DNA of 59,106 nucleotides, filler included. It is 5 parts of 5 records of this genome, joined end to end, with 100 filler letters (N's around TTAATTAATTAA, not from the genome) between each part and the next. Parts side by side here need not be neighbours in the genome. Positions count along the whole stretch, not along the records: positions 27,026 to 46,839 come from DRR378314_117; positions 46,940 to 59,106 come from DRR378314_120; 3 more parts are not named here. One strand, 5' to 3'. Positions within the stretch are counted from its first letter, which is position 1; the number at the start of each line of letters is the position of its first letter. Positions 42,625 through 53,222 of the stretch are shown here, one piece after another. Under the pieces are notes generated by a model, which did no database searches, was not told the origin of the DNA, and saw only the letters and a program-made list of their open reading frames with translations. The translations under genes and the position numbers were made by a program.

Positions 42625-43695
42625 ATGGCTTCACTATCACAGCACCGTGTTTATATTCCGACCACCGCACGCGCAAACCAGTACATTCTTGCTGAATTTA
42701 ACCCAAGCAATGAGTTCTATGCAAATTTTACAGATCCTCAACAATGTTATGAACGCTTATCACGTCAGCTTTTTGCATTATGTGACGAGTATGAACTGCA
42801 TAATGTACATTTAATTGCGAATGATAAACTGCCCGTTGTCAGGTTTCATGAAGAGTCATATAACCTACAGACAGCTAAACAGATTTTATTTTTTTATAAC
42901 CCACGCTATCACGAAGCGCACAAATGCTTTTATAACGATGGTCAGAAAAGTAAAAAAATTAGATTACTTTTTTTAGCAACAGGTGATGATCTACGTGCCA
43001 ATAGTGCAATCTTCCACGCTAAAGTTGTGAAGGTGCTTTCAGCACTACAAAATAGCATCCTTGAAGGGGAAGAACAGTTCAAAGTACGTGACCATCAGCA
43101 TCTAACATATGATCTATTTGCTAAAGCAAAGGGCTGTAAAGAAAGCTACGGGTATAAATTACGCGGCTTATATCAACGTTATCAAAGCAGGCATTGTTCT
43201 TTACCTAAAGAACATAACGAGATGACATATGTGACATTTAGGATTCCAGTGACACGTATGCTCAAAACACAATTCCAACATTTAATGAATAAACCAAATT
43301 ACGTTGATTTTTATAATCACTTTTACACGTTACTTGTTCAACAGTGTGAGTCTAAGCAGCTAAACTTAGCTGCTATGGTTGCAAATGGTTGCATGCCTAT
43401 TATACGTAACAGTCAAATTGATAAAAATGATAGCAATAGTGAACTACAAAAACTGAGCTTTTCTACTACAGAAAATGTGCCGCAATACAGTCAACATTGG
43501 TTGGATGACAAACTTGTTGAAACGATGCACTTTGTAATTGTTGCAAGCGATAATGATGAGCAAGGAGTTGGCCATGGCCGGTTTATGAATAAGGTGGAAA
43601 GTGTGATCCGCGAAATGGTTGAACCTTTGGCTATAAACAAAGAGCGTCAAGACCTCACTGTCAGATTTTTTCAGCACATTAGTTATTTCGAATAA
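42625..43695 (+). CDS. Conserved hypothetical protein (DUF3083-like)
   Basis: 356-aa ORF with SD; RVYIP..AR.NQY and RDHQHLTYDLF motifs recalled from DUF3083. Confidence 0.7.
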   Translation: MASLSQHRVYIPTTARANQYILAEFNPSNEFYANFTDPQQCYERLSRQLFALCDEYELHNVHLIANDKLPVVRFHEESYNLQTAKQILFFYNPRYHEAHKCFYNDGQKSKKIRLLFLATGDDLRANSAIFHAKVVKVLSALQNSILEGEEQFKVRDHQHLTYDLFAKAKGCKESYGYKLRGLYQRYQSRHCSLPKEHNEMTYVTFRIPVTRMLKTQFQHLMNKPNYVDFYNHFYTLLVQQCESKQLNLAAMVANGCMPIIRNSQIDKNDSNSELQKLSFSTTENVPQYSQHWLDDKLVETMHFVIVASDNDEQGVGHGRFMNKVESVIREMVEPLAINKERQDLTVRFFQHISYFE

Positions 43696-43704
43696 ACAGG
43701 CAAT

Positions 43705-43733
43705 AAAAAACCCCATAAAACTGGGGTTTTTTT
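43705..43733. terminator. Bidirectional terminator
   Basis: AAAAAACCCCA...TGGGGTTTTTTT between convergent genes. Confidence 0.85.
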
Positions 43734-43753
43734 ATTAACAATACAAAGGGCAG

Positions 43754-44761
43754 TTACTGTTTACGTTGCGCTTCTTTTTGCGCTTTTTTTGCTTCTTTGC
43801 GTTGTTGCAAAACAGCTTGAGCTTCGTTACCAATGTGGCCTTCACCACGTGCTTGCGCTAATTCAATTTGCTTTTGACGCTCAGCAAAGCGAGCACGTTG
43901 CTCATCGGTTACATCATCAATACAATGATGACATGACACCCCTTCCATATATTCAGGCTTTTGCTTTTCGTCTTCGGTAATTGGCATACGACATGCGTGA
44001 CACTGATCGTAAGAGCCCTTTTGTAAGTCATGATTTACCGCAACTCGGTTATCAAATACAAAGCACTCGCCTTCCCACATGGTGTCTTCTTTTGGTACTT
44101 CTTCTAAATATTTTAATATGCCGCCTTCAAGGTGGTATACCTCATCAAAACCCTGCTCTTTCATATAAGCTGTTGATTTTTCGCATCGAATACCACCAGT
44201 ACAAAACATAGCTACTTTTTTATGCTTTTCTGGATCAAGGTTTTCTTTTGCCCATTGTGGGAATTCACGGAATGTTTTTGTATTTGGATCAACGGCGTTT
44301 TCAAACGTACCAATTTCAATTTCATAATCGTTACGCGTATCAACTAATATCACTTCAGGGTCTGAAATCAGTGCATTCCAATCTTGCGGTTTTACATAAC
44401 TACCAACCACCTTTAAAGGGTCAATACCTTCAACACCCATAGTGACAATCTCTTTTTTAAGTTTTACTTTAGTACGGTAAAACGGGCATTCGTCATCATA
44501 TGACTCTTTAGTAACAATGTTGTCTAAATTTGGTTGAGAATCTAACCAAGCCAATAAATTATCTATCCCATCGCGTTTTGCCGCGACAGTACCGTTTATG
44601 CCCTCAGCGGCAATTAGCAAAGTGCCTCGCACGTCGTTTTGCTCCATCACGTTGAGTAAAGGTTCGCGAAGTGCCTCAAAATCAGGTAGAGAAACAAATT
44701 TATACAGTGCGCACACAACAAAGTGATCGCTGGTTACATTATCTTTATGGATAGCAGTCAT
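43754..44761 (-). CDS. trhO: tRNA U34 hydroxylase (rhodanese-like UPF0176)
   Basis: [51 protein letters not shown]. Confidence 0.95.
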   Translation of the reverse strand: MTAIHKDNVTSDHFVVCALYKFVSLPDFEALREPLLNVMEQNDVRGTLLIAAEGINGTVAAKRDGIDNLLAWLDSQPNLDNIVTKESYDDECPFYRTKVKLKKEIVTMGVEGIDPLKVVGSYVKPQDWNALISDPEVILVDTRNDYEIEIGTFENAVDPNTKTFREFPQWAKENLDPEKHKKVAMFCTGGIRCEKSTAYMKEQGFDEVYHLEGGILKYLEEVPKEDTMWEGECFVFDNRVAVNHDLQKGSYDQCHACRMPITEDEKQKPEYMEGVSCHHCIDDVTDEQRARFAERQKQIELAQARGEGHIGNEAQAVLQQRKEAKKAQKEAQRKQ

Positions 44762-44953
44762 GGTTTTCCTATTTTGCTTTTAAAACCCGCAAGGGGCGTT
44801 TACCGAATCGTAAATCCGGCGCATTGGGGCGCATATTTTACGCTTTTTCTTTTTAAATGCAAAAAAACCTATGATTGTCTGGTTTTTACTGTCAGCGATG
44901 CATAGGACTAAGCTATAATAGCGTTCAGATTTATGAAGATTTAAATTACTCAT

Positions 44954-46294
44954 TTGGAGATAGACACTTTGCACTTTACTGATCTTGGCATTGATAACCG
45001 CCTTGAAACTCAACTTGCGCATCAAGGCATTACTCAGCCAACTGATATTCAGGCACACGCTGTGCCTACAGCTTTGGCTGGCCATGATATTTTTGCTCAA
45101 TCTAAAACTGGCTCCGGTAAAACATTGGCGTTTTTATTACCAGCCGTACAACGTGTAATGAAGCAAAAAGCGCTCAGTAAACGTGACCCGCGCGTTCTAA
45201 TTGTCGCTCCAACCAGGGAGCTCGCTACGCAAGTATTCACTCAACTTAGATTACTTATCGCAGGAACAAATATTAAAGCGCTAAAAATACTCGGTGGTGA
45301 AAACTTTAATGATCAGATAAAAGCGCTGAGAAATGACCCGCATTTTGTTGTAGCTACGCCAGGTAGACTAGCTGATCACCTTACCCAACGTTCACTGCAA
45401 CTGAGTGGTTTAGAGTTATTAATCTTTGATGAAGCTGACCGTATCCTTGATCTTGGTTTTACAGAACAACTAAAAATGATCAATGAATTAGCTAATCACC
45501 GTTTACGCCAAACATTATTGTTTTCAGCAACGCTTGATCACGCACAAGTTGATGCGCTATCGCGTAATTTACTTAAAAAGCCTAAGCAAATTATGCTCAG
45601 CGCCGCAAACGAGCAGCATTCGGATATCAAGCAAAGTCTTTATTTAGCTGATCACCTAGATCACAAAGAAGCACTCTTAGAGCACTTTGTTAAACAAGAT
45701 GACGTTGGCCAATGTATTATTTTTACTGCAACGCGCGCAGATACCGCACGATTGAGTGAGCTTTTAAATAGTAAAGGGCTAAAAGCACAGGCCCTTGCTG
45801 GTGATTTAACGCAAAGTAAGCGTTTGGATATCATGGATGCCTTCAGCCGAGAAAACTTCAAAGTGCTTATTACCACAGATGTCGCTTCTCGCGGCTTAGA
45901 CTTGTTAAGTGTCACCCATGTTATTAACTTTGACTTGCCAAAACATGCAGAAGAATACGTACATCGTATTGGACGCACAGGTCGCGCAGGATTTAAAGGA
46001 ACAGCTATCTCATTGGTCGGACCAAAAGATTGGCCAAGTTATAAAGCTATAAAGTCATTTTTAAATGATGAATTAGCATTTCATACTGTTGAAGGGCTAA
46101 CGGGTAAATTCAAAGGCCTGCGAGATAAAAAGCCGCAAGTACAGAATATAGCTAATGATAAAGTAAAACCAAAAGCTAAAGCGGCACCTAAGCGCAAAGC
46201 TAAGCCTAAAAAACCTCAAGCACCAATAAAAGCACCCTTAAATATTGATGGTGATGCGCCTATGCGTCGTCGTAAAAAGCCAGAGCAGGAATAA
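44954..46294 (+). CDS. srmB: DEAD-box RNA helicase (SrmB-like)
   Basis: TGSGKT, PTRELA, TPGRL, DEADR, SAT, HRIGRTGRAG and a basic C-terminal tail. Confidence 0.85.
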   Translation: MEIDTLHFTDLGIDNRLETQLAHQGITQPTDIQAHAVPTALAGHDIFAQSKTGSGKTLAFLLPAVQRVMKQKALSKRDPRVLIVAPTRELATQVFTQLRLLIAGTNIKALKILGGENFNDQIKALRNDPHFVVATPGRLADHLTQRSLQLSGLELLIFDEADRILDLGFTEQLKMINELANHRLRQTLLFSATLDHAQVDALSRNLLKKPKQIMLSAANEQHSDIKQSLYLADHLDHKEALLEHFVKQDDVGQCIIFTATRADTARLSELLNSKGLKAQALAGDLTQSKRLDIMDAFSRENFKVLITTDVASRGLDLLSVTHVINFDLPKHAEEYVHRIGRTGRAGFKGTAISLVGPKDWPSYKAIKSFLNDELAFHTVEGLTGKFKGLRDKKPQVQNIANDKVKPKAKAAPKRKAKPKKPQAPIKAPLNIDGDAPMRRRKKPEQE

Positions 46295-46296
46295 TT

Positions 46297-46839
46297 ATGA
46301 GTTACCTTGGTACAACCCAAACCTTATTTGTCAATGAAGTTAGTAATGAAGGTGCTTACCTTGATGGCCACGATTTAGGCGAAGTTTTTCTGCCTAGCCA
46401 TGAAATTAAACATGAGCTTGAAGCCGGTGACAGCATCAGTGTTTTTATCTTTTTAGATAATGCAAATTTACCGACAGCCACAACCAAAAAGCCACACGCA
46501 CAAGTAGGTGAATACGCCCTGCTACGAGTTAAAGAAATTAATAGCATCGGTGCATTCTTAGATTGGGGATTAGATAAAGATGTACTTGCCCCGTTCAATG
46601 AACAAAAGCCACGGATGCAAGAAGGTCACTCCTACTTAGTACGTCTTTACTTAGACAACGCCAGCTCTCGTATTTGTGCATCTAGCAACTTCAATCGTTT
46701 TCTTTCTAAAGAAGAGCCGCAATATACTCACTTACAAGAAGTTAATTTAATTGTTGCAGGCAAAACTGACATTGGTTACAAAGTATTAGTTGAAGAATCG
46801 CACTTTGGCGTGGTTTTTTATAATATGGTATTTAAAAAC
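46297..46839 (+). CDS. S1 RNA-binding domain protein (CvfB/YitL-like), 3'-truncated
   Basis: GAYLDG...VFLP and GAFLDWGLDKD motifs; runs into the linker. Confidence 0.85.
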
Positions 46840-46939
46840 NNNNNNNNNNNNNNNNNNNNNNNNNNNNNNNNNNNNNNNNNNNNTTAATTAATTAANNNNN
46901 NNNNNNNNNNNNNNNNNNNNNNNNNNNNNNNNNNNNNNN
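46840..46939. other. Artificial contig linker
   Basis: N/TTAATTAATTAA/N. Confidence 0.99.
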
Positions 46940-47444
46940 TGGCCAGTGGTAGCAGCCATTGGCTTTCCATAACGTTAAACAACTCTAGGCCAAAGCGCAG
47001 CAGAATACCTGCCAGTAGAGCCGAGGCGATTGCGCTGGGAATGTAGCGCATCAAGCGCTCGAATAAACCTGTTACGCCGCAGAGCGTAATGAGCAGCGCG
47101 GAGAAGAGGAAGGCACCGATCGCTTCATCAAGTGGAATGCCAGGAAGATTCGTCGCCAAAAACGCCGCGCCTGGCGTTGACCACGCAGTCAATAAAGGCA
47201 TCCGGTAGCGCAGCGATAGTCCTATCGAGGTAATGCCCATGCCAATGCCCAACGCCCACAGCCAAGAGCTGATTTGCGCAGTGCTGGCGCCCGCCGCGGC
47301 TGCCGCCTGGAAAATGATGGCCGCTGAGCTTGTATAACCAATAGTGACCGCAACGAAACCTGCTGTGACGGCCGAGAGGCTAATGTCTCGCCAGAAAGGA
47401 GTTCTATGGCTTCCTGCGGGCTGTAGAGTAGGTGGCGCCTCCAT
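46940..47444 (-). CDS. BenE/YdcO-family transporter, 3'-truncated
   Basis: AGFVAV.IGYTSS, SLRYRMP..TAWSTPGAA, ALLAGILL.FG. Confidence 0.9.
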
Positions 47445-47471
47445 AGTGTTACCTCGTTTACGTTGGGTGGC

Positions 47472-47524
47472 GTGCGCTATAGCGCACAATGCTGCAAGAC
47501 TATCACTGTGCGTTATAGCGCACA
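47472..47524. promoter_or_regulatory. Two palindromic operators in the divergent benE/sutR region
   Basis: GTGCGCTATAGCGCAC (47472-47487) and TGTGCGTTATAGCGCACA (47507-47524). Confidence 0.75.
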
Positions 47525-47583
47525 ATATTGGCATCGCCGGTGTTCATCGCTGAGCGGATAGGTAAACTACGACACTAAATTCT

Positions 47584-48183
47584 ATGGAGAGCCGCATAGT
47601 GAGTGATCCTCATACCATTGCCGAGCACATTGCGGGAACCGTTAAAAAACTACGTAAAGAGCGTGGTTGGAGCCTAGATCGCGCGGCGGGTGAAACGGGA
47701 GTGAGTAAAGCCATGCTGGGACAGATAGAGCGTGGTGAGTCTAGCCCTACCATCTCAACGCTTTGGAAGATCGCGAGTGGTTTTCGGGTGTCGTTTTCAA
47801 CCCTGTTTGATGGTGACAAGCCTGCGTTAGGCGAACTACACAGAGATGGCTGGGAGTCCGTTTGGGGCGATGATAGCGCCGGGATGCAAGCGCGGCTGCT
47901 TTTCCCTTACGACCCGCTGCTGGGTTTTGAAATGTTTATGATTGAGCTAGCGCCAGGGGCGATCAGTGAGTCGTCTCCCCACGCCAGCGGTGTGGTAGAA
48001 CACATCGTCGTTGTCGAGGGTGAGATGGAGCTACGCATTGACGAGCGCTGGCAAACGCTACGAGTGGGCGAGGGGCTGCGTTTTTTTGCCGATCGCCCCC
48101 ACGCCATGCGTAACAGCGCTACGACGCGGCTACGTTTTCACGATGTGATTCACTATTTGCCAGGCGCTGCTTCAGGCACTTGA
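47584..48183 (+). CDS. XRE-cupin regulator (SutR/YdcN-like)
   Basis: [32 protein letters not shown] plus cupin; divergent from the ydcO-like gene. The start may be GTG at 47599. Confidence 0.9.
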   Translation: MESRIVSDPHTIAEHIAGTVKKLRKERGWSLDRAAGETGVSKAMLGQIERGESSPTISTLWKIASGFRVSFSTLFDGDKPALGELHRDGWESVWGDDSAGMQARLLFPYDPLLGFEMFMIELAPGAISESSPHASGVVEHIVVVEGEMELRIDERWQTLRVGEGLRFFADRPHAMRNSATTRLRFHDVIHYLPGAASGT

Positions 48184-49043
48184 GCACCGGGCACTTGAGT
48201 ACCAGGTACTTGAGCACGTAACCAGTTGAGTTCGTCAGCCCAAATGCCGGGTTCGACGGTTTCCAGAATCATCGGTATGTCATGAATGCGTTCGTCTTGC
48301 ATGATCGTTGTGAACGCGTCCAGGCCGATATTGCCTTTCCCCAGGCTGTGGTGGCGGTCGACACGGCTGGCGAAGGCACTCTTGGCATCGTTTAAATGCA
48401 TACCGCGTAAATACTCAAAGCCGACCACCTTGCCTAGCTCATCCAATGTTGCTTTGGTGGCCTCGGCGGTACGTAGGTCATACCCAGCGGCGAAGGCGTG
48501 GCAGGTATCAATACAAACGCCAACACGGGTTTTATCATCAACGTGGGCAATAATTTCCGCTAAATGTTCGAAGCGCCAGCCGAGGTTAGTGCCTTGCCCG
48601 GCGGTGTTTTCAATCACCGCCGTGACACCTTGTGAGGCTAGCAGTGCTTCGTTGATGGAGTCTGCAATGCGTTTCAGGCAGTCGGTTTCGCTGATTTTGT
48701 TCAGATGACTGCCTGGGTGGAAGTTCAATAACGTGAGACCTAATTGCTCACAGCGCTGCATTTCGTCTAAAAACGCAGCGCGTGATTTTTCAAGCCCAGC
48801 GGTTTCCGGATGGCCTAGGTTAATCAGGTAGCTGTCGTGGGGTAAAATTTGTTCTGGGCCAAACCCGTGGGTTTGGCAGGCTTGTTTAAACGCCGCAATG
48901 GCCTCGTCGGTCAGCGGTTTACCTTTCCACTGCCGCTGGTTTTTGGTGAACAGAGCAAAGCCATTTGCGCCAATTTCTACCGCACGGAGCACTGCTTGAT
49001 CCGCGCCACCTGCGGCGCTTACGTGGGCACCAAGATAGTGCAT
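48153..49043 (-). CDS. nfo: Endonuclease IV
   Basis: [50 protein letters not shown]. Confidence 0.97.
   Translation of the reverse strand: MHYLGAHVSAAGGADQAVLRAVEIGANGFALFTKNQRQWKGKPLTDEAIAAFKQACQTHGFGPEQILPHDSYLINLGHPETAGLEKSRAAFLDEMQRCEQLGLTLLNFHPGSHLNKISETDCLKRIADSINEALLASQGVTAVIENTAGQGTNLGWRFEHLAEIIAHVDDKTRVGVCIDTCHAFAAGYDLRTAEATKATLDELGKVVGFEYLRGMHLNDAKSAFASRVDRHHSLGKGNIGLDAFTTIMQDERIHDIPMILETVEPGIWADELNWLRAQVPGTQVPGAQVPEAAPGK
48173..48217. repeat. 3 x 15-bp tandem repeat at the nfo 3' end
   Basis: CAGGCACTTGAGCAC / CGGGCACTTGAGTAC / CAGGTACTTGAGCAC, encoding [15 protein letters not shown]. Confidence 0.9.
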
Positions 49044-49079
49044 AGTCTTCCTTAGGTAGAGTAGTGAGTATTGACGAAT

Positions 49080-49847
49080 TTAACCGTGTCGACGTCGATT
49101 ATTCAAATAGCGTTGAAATGCTTCAGGCTCATCAGTAATCGCGCTGGCTACTCCCCAGCCCCAGCGACTTTCAAAAGCGCTGGGGTCGTTGGCGGTATAG
49201 CATAAAATTGCATAGCCATCTCGGCGCATGGCAGCAGCCTGGGTGTGTTTTAAGCGCGGCCAATGAGGGTGAATGCTAAAGGCGTCGATGGCTTCACACT
49301 GGTCACGCCAAGTTGGAGGTGTGCTGCCAAACAGTACGCCCAGCGCGAGGGCTTCTTTGGGTGCAAAGTGGCGGCATCGAGCTAACGCTCGGGCATCAAA
49401 CGAGGACACAATCAGCCGTTCGGCGGGCAGTGTTGCTAATACGATTGGTAATACGGTATCCACCAAGGCGATGGGGTCACGGCCTTTGTTTACCTTGATC
49501 TCTAAATTCACCCCCATATTGAGTTCGTTCAATAGCGCCAGCATGGCCTCTAGACTGGCCATCTTTTCACCTGCAAACGCATCGCCAAACCAACTGCCGA
49601 CGTCAAGCTGTTGCGCACGCTGCCACGTCAGGTTAGCGAGGTTGCCACGGCTATCGGAGCAGCGGCTAATATCGCCATCATGCCAGATGACAGGGGTACC
49701 ATCGCCCAATAGTTGAACGTCTAATTCCACCCAAGTAATGCCCGCTTGATGAGCGGCACGCACTGCCGTTAGGGTGTTTTCAGGTGCGGCGGCTGAGTAT
49801 CCGCGATGGGCTATAAGCGTAGGCAAACAGATTGCTGGGTGCGTCAT
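49080..49847 (-). CDS. Glycerophosphodiester phosphodiesterase (UgpQ-like)
   Basis: IAHRGYS..APENT, VELDVQL..DG..V..HD, NLEIK. Confidence 0.92.
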   Translation of the reverse strand: MTHPAICLPTLIAHRGYSAAAPENTLTAVRAAHQAGITWVELDVQLLGDGTPVIWHDGDISRCSDSRGNLANLTWQRAQQLDVGSWFGDAFAGEKMASLEAMLALLNELNMGVNLEIKVNKGRDPIALVDTVLPIVLATLPAERLIVSSFDARALARCRHFAPKEALALGVLFGSTPPTWRDQCEAIDAFSIHPHWPRLKHTQAAAMRRDGYAILCYTANDPSAFESRWGWGVASAITDEPEAFQRYLNNRRRHG

Positions 49848-50027
49848 AGTCTGTCCGTTTTAGAGTAATCGATAAGCATCGTTATCAACATTTTTCAGAT
49901 AGTCTAGCATGGGTGCATGACAGCAATATGTCCTGTATGGCTGGCTAATCGCTTGATTTGAGGCGCACAACGCGGTTGGATAGCCTGCTAATGTGTGTCC
50001 AGTAATTAACAATGGGAGTTTGCCCAG

Positions 50028-51005
50028 ATGTCTAAACGTATTCAGTTTTCAAAAACGGGCGATTCAGATGTATTGGAGTGGGTCGACACAGAACCTAAGG
50101 CACCCGGCAGCGGTGAAGTGCGTATTGCTAATAAAGCGGTGGGCCTGAATTTTATTGATATCTACTTTCGTACCGGGCTCTATCCTGCGCCATCTATGCC
50201 TTCTGGATTAGGCACTGAAGGTGCCGGGGTTGTCGACGCTGTGGGCGAAGGCGTTACCCATCTAAAAGAGGGTGACCGGGTAGCGTATGCACAAGGGCCA
50301 TTGGGTGCCTATGCAGAGATGCATACCTTGCCAGCGGCCAAGGTAATTAAGCTGCCGGACTTTATTGATTTTGAAACCGCTGCGGCCAGTATGCTGAAAG
50401 GGTTAACCGTGCAGTATCTGCTGCGGCAAACTTATGAGCTAAAGGGCGGTGAGACCATTCTTTTTCATGCCGCTGCAGGAGGCGTTGGCTCGATTGCCTG
50501 CCAGTGGGCTAAAGCGCTAGGCGTTAAGCTGATTGGGACGGTTAGCTCAAAAGAGAAAGCAGACTTGGCGATGGCCAACGGTGCATGGGCAACGATCAAC
50601 TACAGCGAAGAGGATGTGGTAGAGCGGGTGCGTGAGCTAACCAATGGCGAAATGTGCGACGTGGTTTATGACTCAGTAGGAAAAGATACCTGGGAAATGT
50701 CGTTAGACTGCCTGAAGCCTCGTTCGCTAATGGTCAGCTTTGGTAATGCGTCTGGTCCCGTAGACGGGGTGAATATAGGTATTCTGAACCAAAAAGGCGC
50801 GCTTTTTGTAACCCGCCCAAGTTTGAACGGCTATGCTGACACCCGTGAACGCTTTGAAATGATGTGCGATGACTTTTTTGGCATGATCAAAAGCGGCAAA
50901 CTTCGTATTGACGTAGCAAATCGCTACCCGCTTCAGGACGCAGGAAAGGCTCAAGATGCCCTGCAAAGCCGTCAAACAACTGGCTCGACCGTGCTACTTC
51001 CTTAA
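50028..51005 (+). CDS. qor: NADPH:quinone oxidoreductase (zeta-crystallin family)
   Basis: GLNFIDIYFRTGLY, GTEGAGVV, HAAAGGVG, VYDSVGK, FGNASG. Confidence 0.93.
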   Translation: MSKRIQFSKTGDSDVLEWVDTEPKAPGSGEVRIANKAVGLNFIDIYFRTGLYPAPSMPSGLGTEGAGVVDAVGEGVTHLKEGDRVAYAQGPLGAYAEMHTLPAAKVIKLPDFIDFETAAASMLKGLTVQYLLRQTYELKGGETILFHAAAGGVGSIACQWAKALGVKLIGTVSSKEKADLAMANGAWATINYSEEDVVERVRELTNGEMCDVVYDSVGKDTWEMSLDCLKPRSLMVSFGNASGPVDGVNIGILNQKGALFVTRPSLNGYADTRERFEMMCDDFFGMIKSGKLRIDVANRYPLQDAGKAQDALQSRQTTGSTVLLP

Positions 51006-51095
51006 CTCACCTGACTAAACGACCACGCTTTACAGCCACTTTTTGCAACATGGAGTGAGCTGCGTGGCTTAGTAGTTCTTTAATCACTTTTTATG

Positions 51096-51120
51096 AATGC
51101 CTGGCCACGCCAGGCATTTT
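51096..51120 (+). terminator. Probable terminator after qor
   Basis: AATGCCTGG-CCACG-CCAGGCATTTT. Confidence 0.6.
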
Positions 51121-51246
51121 ATTGCTCCAACGTTCTTTTGTTGCTCTGCGCTTCTGGGGCTATACGGCCGTATAGTCATCATCTACTGTGTTGCTAGTGA
51201 GTTGGCGCCTCAGCCGAGCGTACCCACACAAGGAGAGGGACACCGC

Positions 51247-53097
51247 ATGACAATGGAAAGCATTGGGCTTGCGCCTAGCACGTTGGTTTTTATCATTTTG
51301 GGATTAACGCTTGCCGCTTTTATGTGGGGGCGATTTCGCTATGATCTCGTTGCGCTTGCGGCGTTGCTCGGCTCGGTAATGCTTGGGCTTGTGCCCACCG
51401 ATGAAGCTTTTAAAGGCTTTGGGCATCCGGCGGTGATTACGGTGGCCGCGGTATTGGTCATTAGCCGAGGGTTTGAGCGCTCGGGTGTTGTCGATATTAT
51501 CGCCAATCAAGTGCTCAAAGTAGGTGAACGGCTGCTACTGCAGTTGCTGGTATTAGTGGGTACGGTCGTGGTGCTTTCTGGGGTGATGAATAACGTAGGA
51601 GCACTGGCGTTACTGTTGCCCGTTGCCATGCGGCTTGCTCGAGAGCACAACACATCCCCGTCGCTGTTATTAATGCCGTTGGCGTTTGGTTCATTGCTGG
51701 GAGGCTTAACCACGCTGATTGGCACGCCACCTAACATTATTATTGCCACATACCGGGGTAATATCACCGGTGAAAACTTCGGCATGTTCAGCTTTACCCC
51801 GGTGGGGGTTGCTGTTGCGTTAGTCGGCCTGGCGTTTATTGTGCTTGTGGGCTGGCGCTTAACGCCTAAGCGCAGTGGGCAGGCTTCAACCGAAGAAATG
51901 TTTGATACTGCTAATTATTTGGTTGAGCTAAAGGTTTCAGAAGAGTCAAAGGCTAATGGTCTGACACTCCAGCAACTACATGATGAGCTAGAGGAGGCTA
52001 TTCCGGTTCTTGCTGTGGTACGAGAAGATAATCGCCGCGCCGGGTACTCATTTCACGGGGTGCTTCGGGAAGGGGATATTTTGCTGCTGGAAGCAGGGCC
52101 TGATGAACTTAAGCTGCTGGAAGACAAAGTAGGGCTGAGCGCGATTGCGGAATCCGAAAAAGATGAGAAAGACAGTGATGAGACTGATAGTGAAAATGCA
52201 GATTCACAGCCCTCGGATGAGCGCCAGCCTGTCAATACGGAAGGTCTGCAGCTGATTGAAGCGGTGGTGCGTAACGATTCGATGATGGTCAATCGAAGCG
52301 TACGCCAACTGCGGTTAAACCAGCAGTTCGGGCTGCATTTAGTGGCGGTGGCCCGCGATGGAGGGCGTTTAAAGCAGCGTCTTCGGGACATTCGTTTTCA
52401 AACCGGTGATGTGCTGCTGTTACAAGGAAGTGAAAACGAAATCGCTGATAGCTTAGCGACCCTTGGGTGTTTGCCGCTGGCTAACCGAGAGCTTCACTTA
52501 GGGCAGCCGCGAAAATTGGCGCTGTCGATCGGTATTTTTGCCCTCGCCATTATGGCGATGCTGTTTGATTTGCTTCCTGCGGCTGTTGCTATGAGTAGCG
52601 CGGCGTTGATATCACTGCTGATAGGAGTGCTGCCGCTGAGAGAAGGTTATCAAGCCATTGATGGGCCCGTTATTGTTCTCCTGGCGGCCATGCTGCCGGT
52701 GGGGGAAGCGCTTGAAACGAGCGGTGGCGCTGAAATTATTGCTGATGCGCTACTACGATTTGGCGTTGAGTGGCCCATCACTGTTTCATTAGCAGGGCTA
52801 TTTATTCTCTCGATGTTACTTTCCAACGTGGTCAATAACGCCGCAGCCGCGTTGTTGATGGCGCCTATTGCCGCCAGTCTTGCGAGTGGTTTTGATGCAT
52901 CACTCGATCCCTTTCTAATGGTGGTCGCTGTCAGCGCCTCATGCGCCTTTCTAACGCCGATAGGCCACCAGTCCAATACGCTAGTGTTAGGCCCGGGTGG
53001 TTACCAGTTCGGTGATTATTGGAAGCTAGGCCTTCCACTTTCGTTAGTGGTGATGGTGGTCGCTATTCCTGCCATTTTATGGGTCTGGCCGCTCTAA
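51247..53097 (+). CDS. SLC13/CitMHS-type permease with TrkA-C domains
   Basis: LGGLTTLIGTPPN, two TrkA-C repeats (GDILLL, GDVLLL), FLTPIGHQSN, GGYQFGDY. Confidence 0.9.
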   Translation: MTMESIGLAPSTLVFIILGLTLAAFMWGRFRYDLVALAALLGSVMLGLVPTDEAFKGFGHPAVITVAAVLVISRGFERSGVVDIIANQVLKVGERLLLQLLVLVGTVVVLSGVMNNVGALALLLPVAMRLAREHNTSPSLLLMPLAFGSLLGGLTTLIGTPPNIIIATYRGNITGENFGMFSFTPVGVAVALVGLAFIVLVGWRLTPKRSGQASTEEMFDTANYLVELKVSEESKANGLTLQQLHDELEEAIPVLAVVREDNRRAGYSFHGVLREGDILLLEAGPDELKLLEDKVGLSAIAESEKDEKDSDETDSENADSQPSDERQPVNTEGLQLIEAVVRNDSMMVNRSVRQLRLNQQFGLHLVAVARDGGRLKQRLRDIRFQTGDVLLLQGSENEIADSLATLGCLPLANRELHLGQPRKLALSIGIFALAIMAMLFDLLPAAVAMSSAALISLLIGVLPLREGYQAIDGPVIVLLAAMLPVGEALETSGGAEIIADALLRFGVEWPITVSLAGLFILSMLLSNVVNNAAAALLMAPIAASLASGFDASLDPFLMVVAVSASCAFLTPIGHQSNTLVLGPGGYQFGDYWKLGLPLSLVVMVVAIPAILWVWPL

Positions 53098-53222
53098 TCG
53101 AGCAGGTACTTGGCGAAAAATGAGAGCTTAATGTTCGTATTATTAAATTTCGAAAATTTGCTACTCTATAGCTCATAGAGAACAGCTCTTAAACACTAAT
53201 AAATAACGAATAGGCCGAGCTT

